Virus record (IMG/VR): IMGVR_UViG_3300008807_000074
Span: 1 to 5,182 of that record
Reading direction: 5' to 3' (one strand)
DNA from: a virus
Length of the DNA: 5,182 nucleotides
In this document: one piece after another, positions 3,644 to 5,182 of the stretch
Numbering within the stretch: position 1 is the first letter of the stretch
Layout of the letters: every line of letters begins with the position of its first letter
The notes under the pieces: generated by a model
Database searches by the model: none
What the model was told of the DNA's origin: nothing
The model's input: only the letters and a program-made list of their open reading frames with translations
Position numbers and translations under genes: made by a program

Positions 3644-5182
3644 TTAGAGACGAGATGAGATGCCCGGGACACTGTAGAGCGGCATTTGACGAGCCATAGT
3701 GACCGAGAACAAACAATCAGCGATAATCTGTTGACCATTGGCAGAAGCACCAACAGCAAGAACACGCGAATGCGGCGGCGTATCCTGAATAAACGTATCG
3801 TTGAGAGCCGGAAGCGAAGCGAATTTTTGAGCAAGATGCCAACCATCGATAGTACCGGCAGCAGTAGAGGTGAAGAGACCGGAGATACGGTTAGGCTTAA
3901 AGCGATATTCAGCCCATGCCTCTTGATATCCAAAAGTAAGGGTATCGTTAGCAGAACCATCGCAATAAATTTCATCATTGCGGACAGCTTTTTCACCCAG
4001 ATTAGCGAGCGCGGGGAAATAGAAGTCATAGCGCGTTAAACGAGTCCACATACGATGGAGACCTTGCTGATAGGTCAGGTCAGCGCGAACGGAACAAAGC
4101 CCAATAATATAACCATGCTCAGTGAAGGATTGCGAGAAGCCAATACCATGATCGACAATAGTACCAATACCCGAAAGGGTACCAAGCGGGGTAGAACCAC
4201 CGGTAACACCGGTTTGAGTGGTTTGAGCGATAGGATTGATATTAATAGGAACAGAGCCACCACCGAGATATTCGGGACGTTGGAGACGAGCGTCGGGTGA
4301 TGTAACACCGAAATGAGCCTTAGTGAGCTCAATGTAGCGAGTACCACCACGAGCATCTAATTCAAGAAGCTCTTGAATCATAATGGATTGACGAAGAACA
4401 TTGAGGGAAACGCCAGTAGAAGCAGACAAATCGGCGAAGAGAGGATTCCCAGTAGGAGCACCAGCATTAAGGAAAGCGCTGCCAGTAGTAAGGGTAGAAA
4501 TAGACATATTGCGCTGGCTACCAGCGCCATCACGAACAGTAACAGCAGTGCTAGGAGTAGAAATAGTAGCCACAGGAGCAGTACCAGCAAGCGGAATAGT
4601 TTGTGTAGAAGCACCTTTTTGCGGCCAAGGCAGACACGAGGTAAAATAGTCATGACGCTTACCGCGGCGGCGAAGAACATAGTTAGCGACAGTATCAGGG
4701 CCATCACCGATATCTATAGTAGGTGAATTTTGTAAGTTTTGATCGCGGAACCACTCTTTATAAATGAGATTGTAGGCACGAAGAGGAAGAGCACTAGCGG
4801 ATTTAGAGTTAGCGCCGCCCATTTGACCGACAGTGATCAGGCCGAAATAGTGTTGAAGAGAGCCGACAGCATAGCCACCGACGGGCGAAACCTGTTGAGG
4901 AATAGTATAAGCAATAGAATCACCGGGATTGTCTTGCTCGCCCATGAATTTTTTCCAGTTTGACCACACAAGGCGAGCCGGAACGAAGAAGTAGAATGTA
5001 TCGAAATAGAGGTTATCCAACAGCGGATAAATAGGCGTAGCCATACGGCCATAAACAGTATGACGAAGATTGTGGTTATCACCCGGCAAAACCTCATCAA
5101 CATAGAACGGAATGAGATAGCCCGAATCAAAAGTAAGAAGATGACGCTGTTCAGCGGTAAATTTACTGCGCGGGATACGCGC
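3644..5182 (-). CDS. VP1: Major capsid protein VP1 (Microviridae F/VP1 family), main body. The ORF is open to the window edge and continues through the repeat into 150..1
   Basis: This is the longest ORF. 5182-3644+1 = 1539 nt = 513 codons, in frame to the window end. The track start at 5089 is an internal TTG, not the real start. Stop is TAA at 3646..3644. Joined across the circular junction the gene is complement(join(3644..5083,1..150)), 529 aa, a size typical of gokushovirus VP1. Sequence character (…LPGDNHNLRHTVYGRMATPIYPLLDNLYFDTFYFFVP…) matches the capsid F/VP1 family as I recognise it. Confidence 0.93.
   Translation of the reverse strand, partial: ARIPRSKFTAEQRHLLTFDSGYLIPFYVDEVLPGDNHNLRHTVYGRMATPIYPLLDNLYFDTFYFFVPARLVWSNWKKFMGEQDNPGDSIAYTIPQQVSPVGGYAVGSLQHYFGLITVGQMGGANSKSASALPLRAYNLIYKEWFRDQNLQNSPTIDIGDGPDTVANYVLRRRGKRHDYFTSCLPWPQKGASTQTIPLAGTAPVATISTPSTAVTVRDGAGSQRNMSISTLTTGSAFLNAGAPTGNPLFADLSASTGVSLNVLRQSIMIQELLELDARGGTRYIELTKAHFGVTSPDARLQRPEYLGGGSVPININPIAQTTQTGVTGGSTPLGTLSGIGTIVDHGIGFSQSFTEHGYIIGLCSVRADLTYQQGLHRMWTRLTRYDFYFPALANLGEKAVRNDEIYCDGSANDTLTFGYQEAWAEYRFKPNRISGLFTSTAAGTIDGWHLAQKFASLPALNDTFIQDTPPHSRVLAVGASANGQQIIADCLFSVTMARQMPLYSVPGISSRL
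5084..5182. repeat. Terminal direct repeat, copy 2 (identical to 1..99)
   Basis: Exact 99/99 match to the window start. The repeat lies inside the capsid ORF and keeps its reading frame, as expected for a circular molecule linearised with redundancy. Confidence 0.97.

Noticed and set aside
3922-3929. CTTGATAT on the + strand, an 8-mer match to the phiX174 origin core, as a possible second or alternative ori.
   Set aside because: It lies on the non-coding (non-viral) strand inside VP1 with no flanking inverted repeat. Rep nicks the viral strand. An 8-mer match somewhere in about 10 kb of two-strand sequence is not surprising.
4211-4228. Tandem duplication ggtttgagt/ggtttgagc.
   Set aside because: This is an 18-nt in-frame micro-repeat inside VP1 (encoding part of …AQTTQTGV…). 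It is too short to be more than chance or local slippage and has no regulatory context.
513-4963. The + strand track ORFs (513..962, 1236..1469, 2039..2224, 2451..2714, 3010..3240, 3470..3658, 3686..4039, 4055..4300, 4373..4726, 4401..4649, 4739..4963).
   Set aside because: Each is antisense to a well-supported - strand gene, and none has a recognisable family signature or SD. Microviridae transcribe a single strand, and the products look like low-complexity antisense translations.
3511-5130. Four long - strand ORFs (3511..4029, 4075..4356, 4378..4707, 4837..5130) share one alternate (+1) frame inside VP1 and encode very hydrophobic Leu/Val-rich products. They could be taken for overprinted membrane or lysis genes like phiX174 E.
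   Set aside because: All four sit in the frame whose second codon position is the third position of VP1 codons. VP1 strongly prefers T-ending codons, which automatically yields N-T-N (Leu/Val/Ile/Phe) codons and few stops. None has a convincing SD. The ORF ending at 3511 runs through the hairpin, the 40-codon ORF and almost to the VP2 start without regard to them. This is a compositional artefact unless synonymous-site constraint in VP1 shows otherwise.
1-5182. Search for tRNA, rRNA, CRISPR repeats, IS/transposase termini and integrase/att sites.
   Set aside because: No cloverleaf-like or regularly spaced repeats were seen and there is no integrase or transposase ORF. The only long repeat is the 99-nt terminal overlap, which is explained by circularity.

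Overview
This 5,182-nt window is a complete, circularly permuted genome of a small ssDNA phage of the family Microviridae with a gokushovirus-like gene set. It is not a chromosomal fragment. The first 99 nt (1..99) recur exactly at 5084..5182, so the unit genome is 5,083 nt. The major capsid gene looks truncated at both window edges but closes into one 529-codon ORF across that junction. Every credible gene lies on the - strand, so the window shows the complement of the coding/viral strand. Genes are tightly packed, with several stop codons overlapping the next Shine-Dalgarno (SD) site. In transcription order they are: VP1 capsid (150..1 joined to 5083..3644); a possible 40-codon ORF (3586..3464); VP2 pilot/minor capsid (3489..2815); VP3 scaffold (2801..2241); a 40-aa very basic J/VP8-like peptide absent from the ORF track (2164..2042); the VP4 HUH replication initiator (1946..954); and a 104-aa protein in the VP5 position (884..570). 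An accessory module follows: a 30-aa single-TM peptide (559..467, not in the track) whose stop overlaps (TAATG) the start of a 102-aa LAS/M15-type zinc peptidase (467..159). Two observations stand out. First, this candidate holin-like peptide plus peptidoglycan peptidase forms a lysis cassette in a microvirus. Second, a perfect 14-bp hairpin in the VP3/VP8 spacer has a 9-nt loop reading CTACTTGAT on the coding strand. That resembles the phiX174 gene A nick site (CAACTTG/ATA) and makes the hairpin a candidate replication origin. I saw no tRNA, rRNA, CRISPR array or IS element. All homology statements rest on motif recognition by eye, not on database searches.
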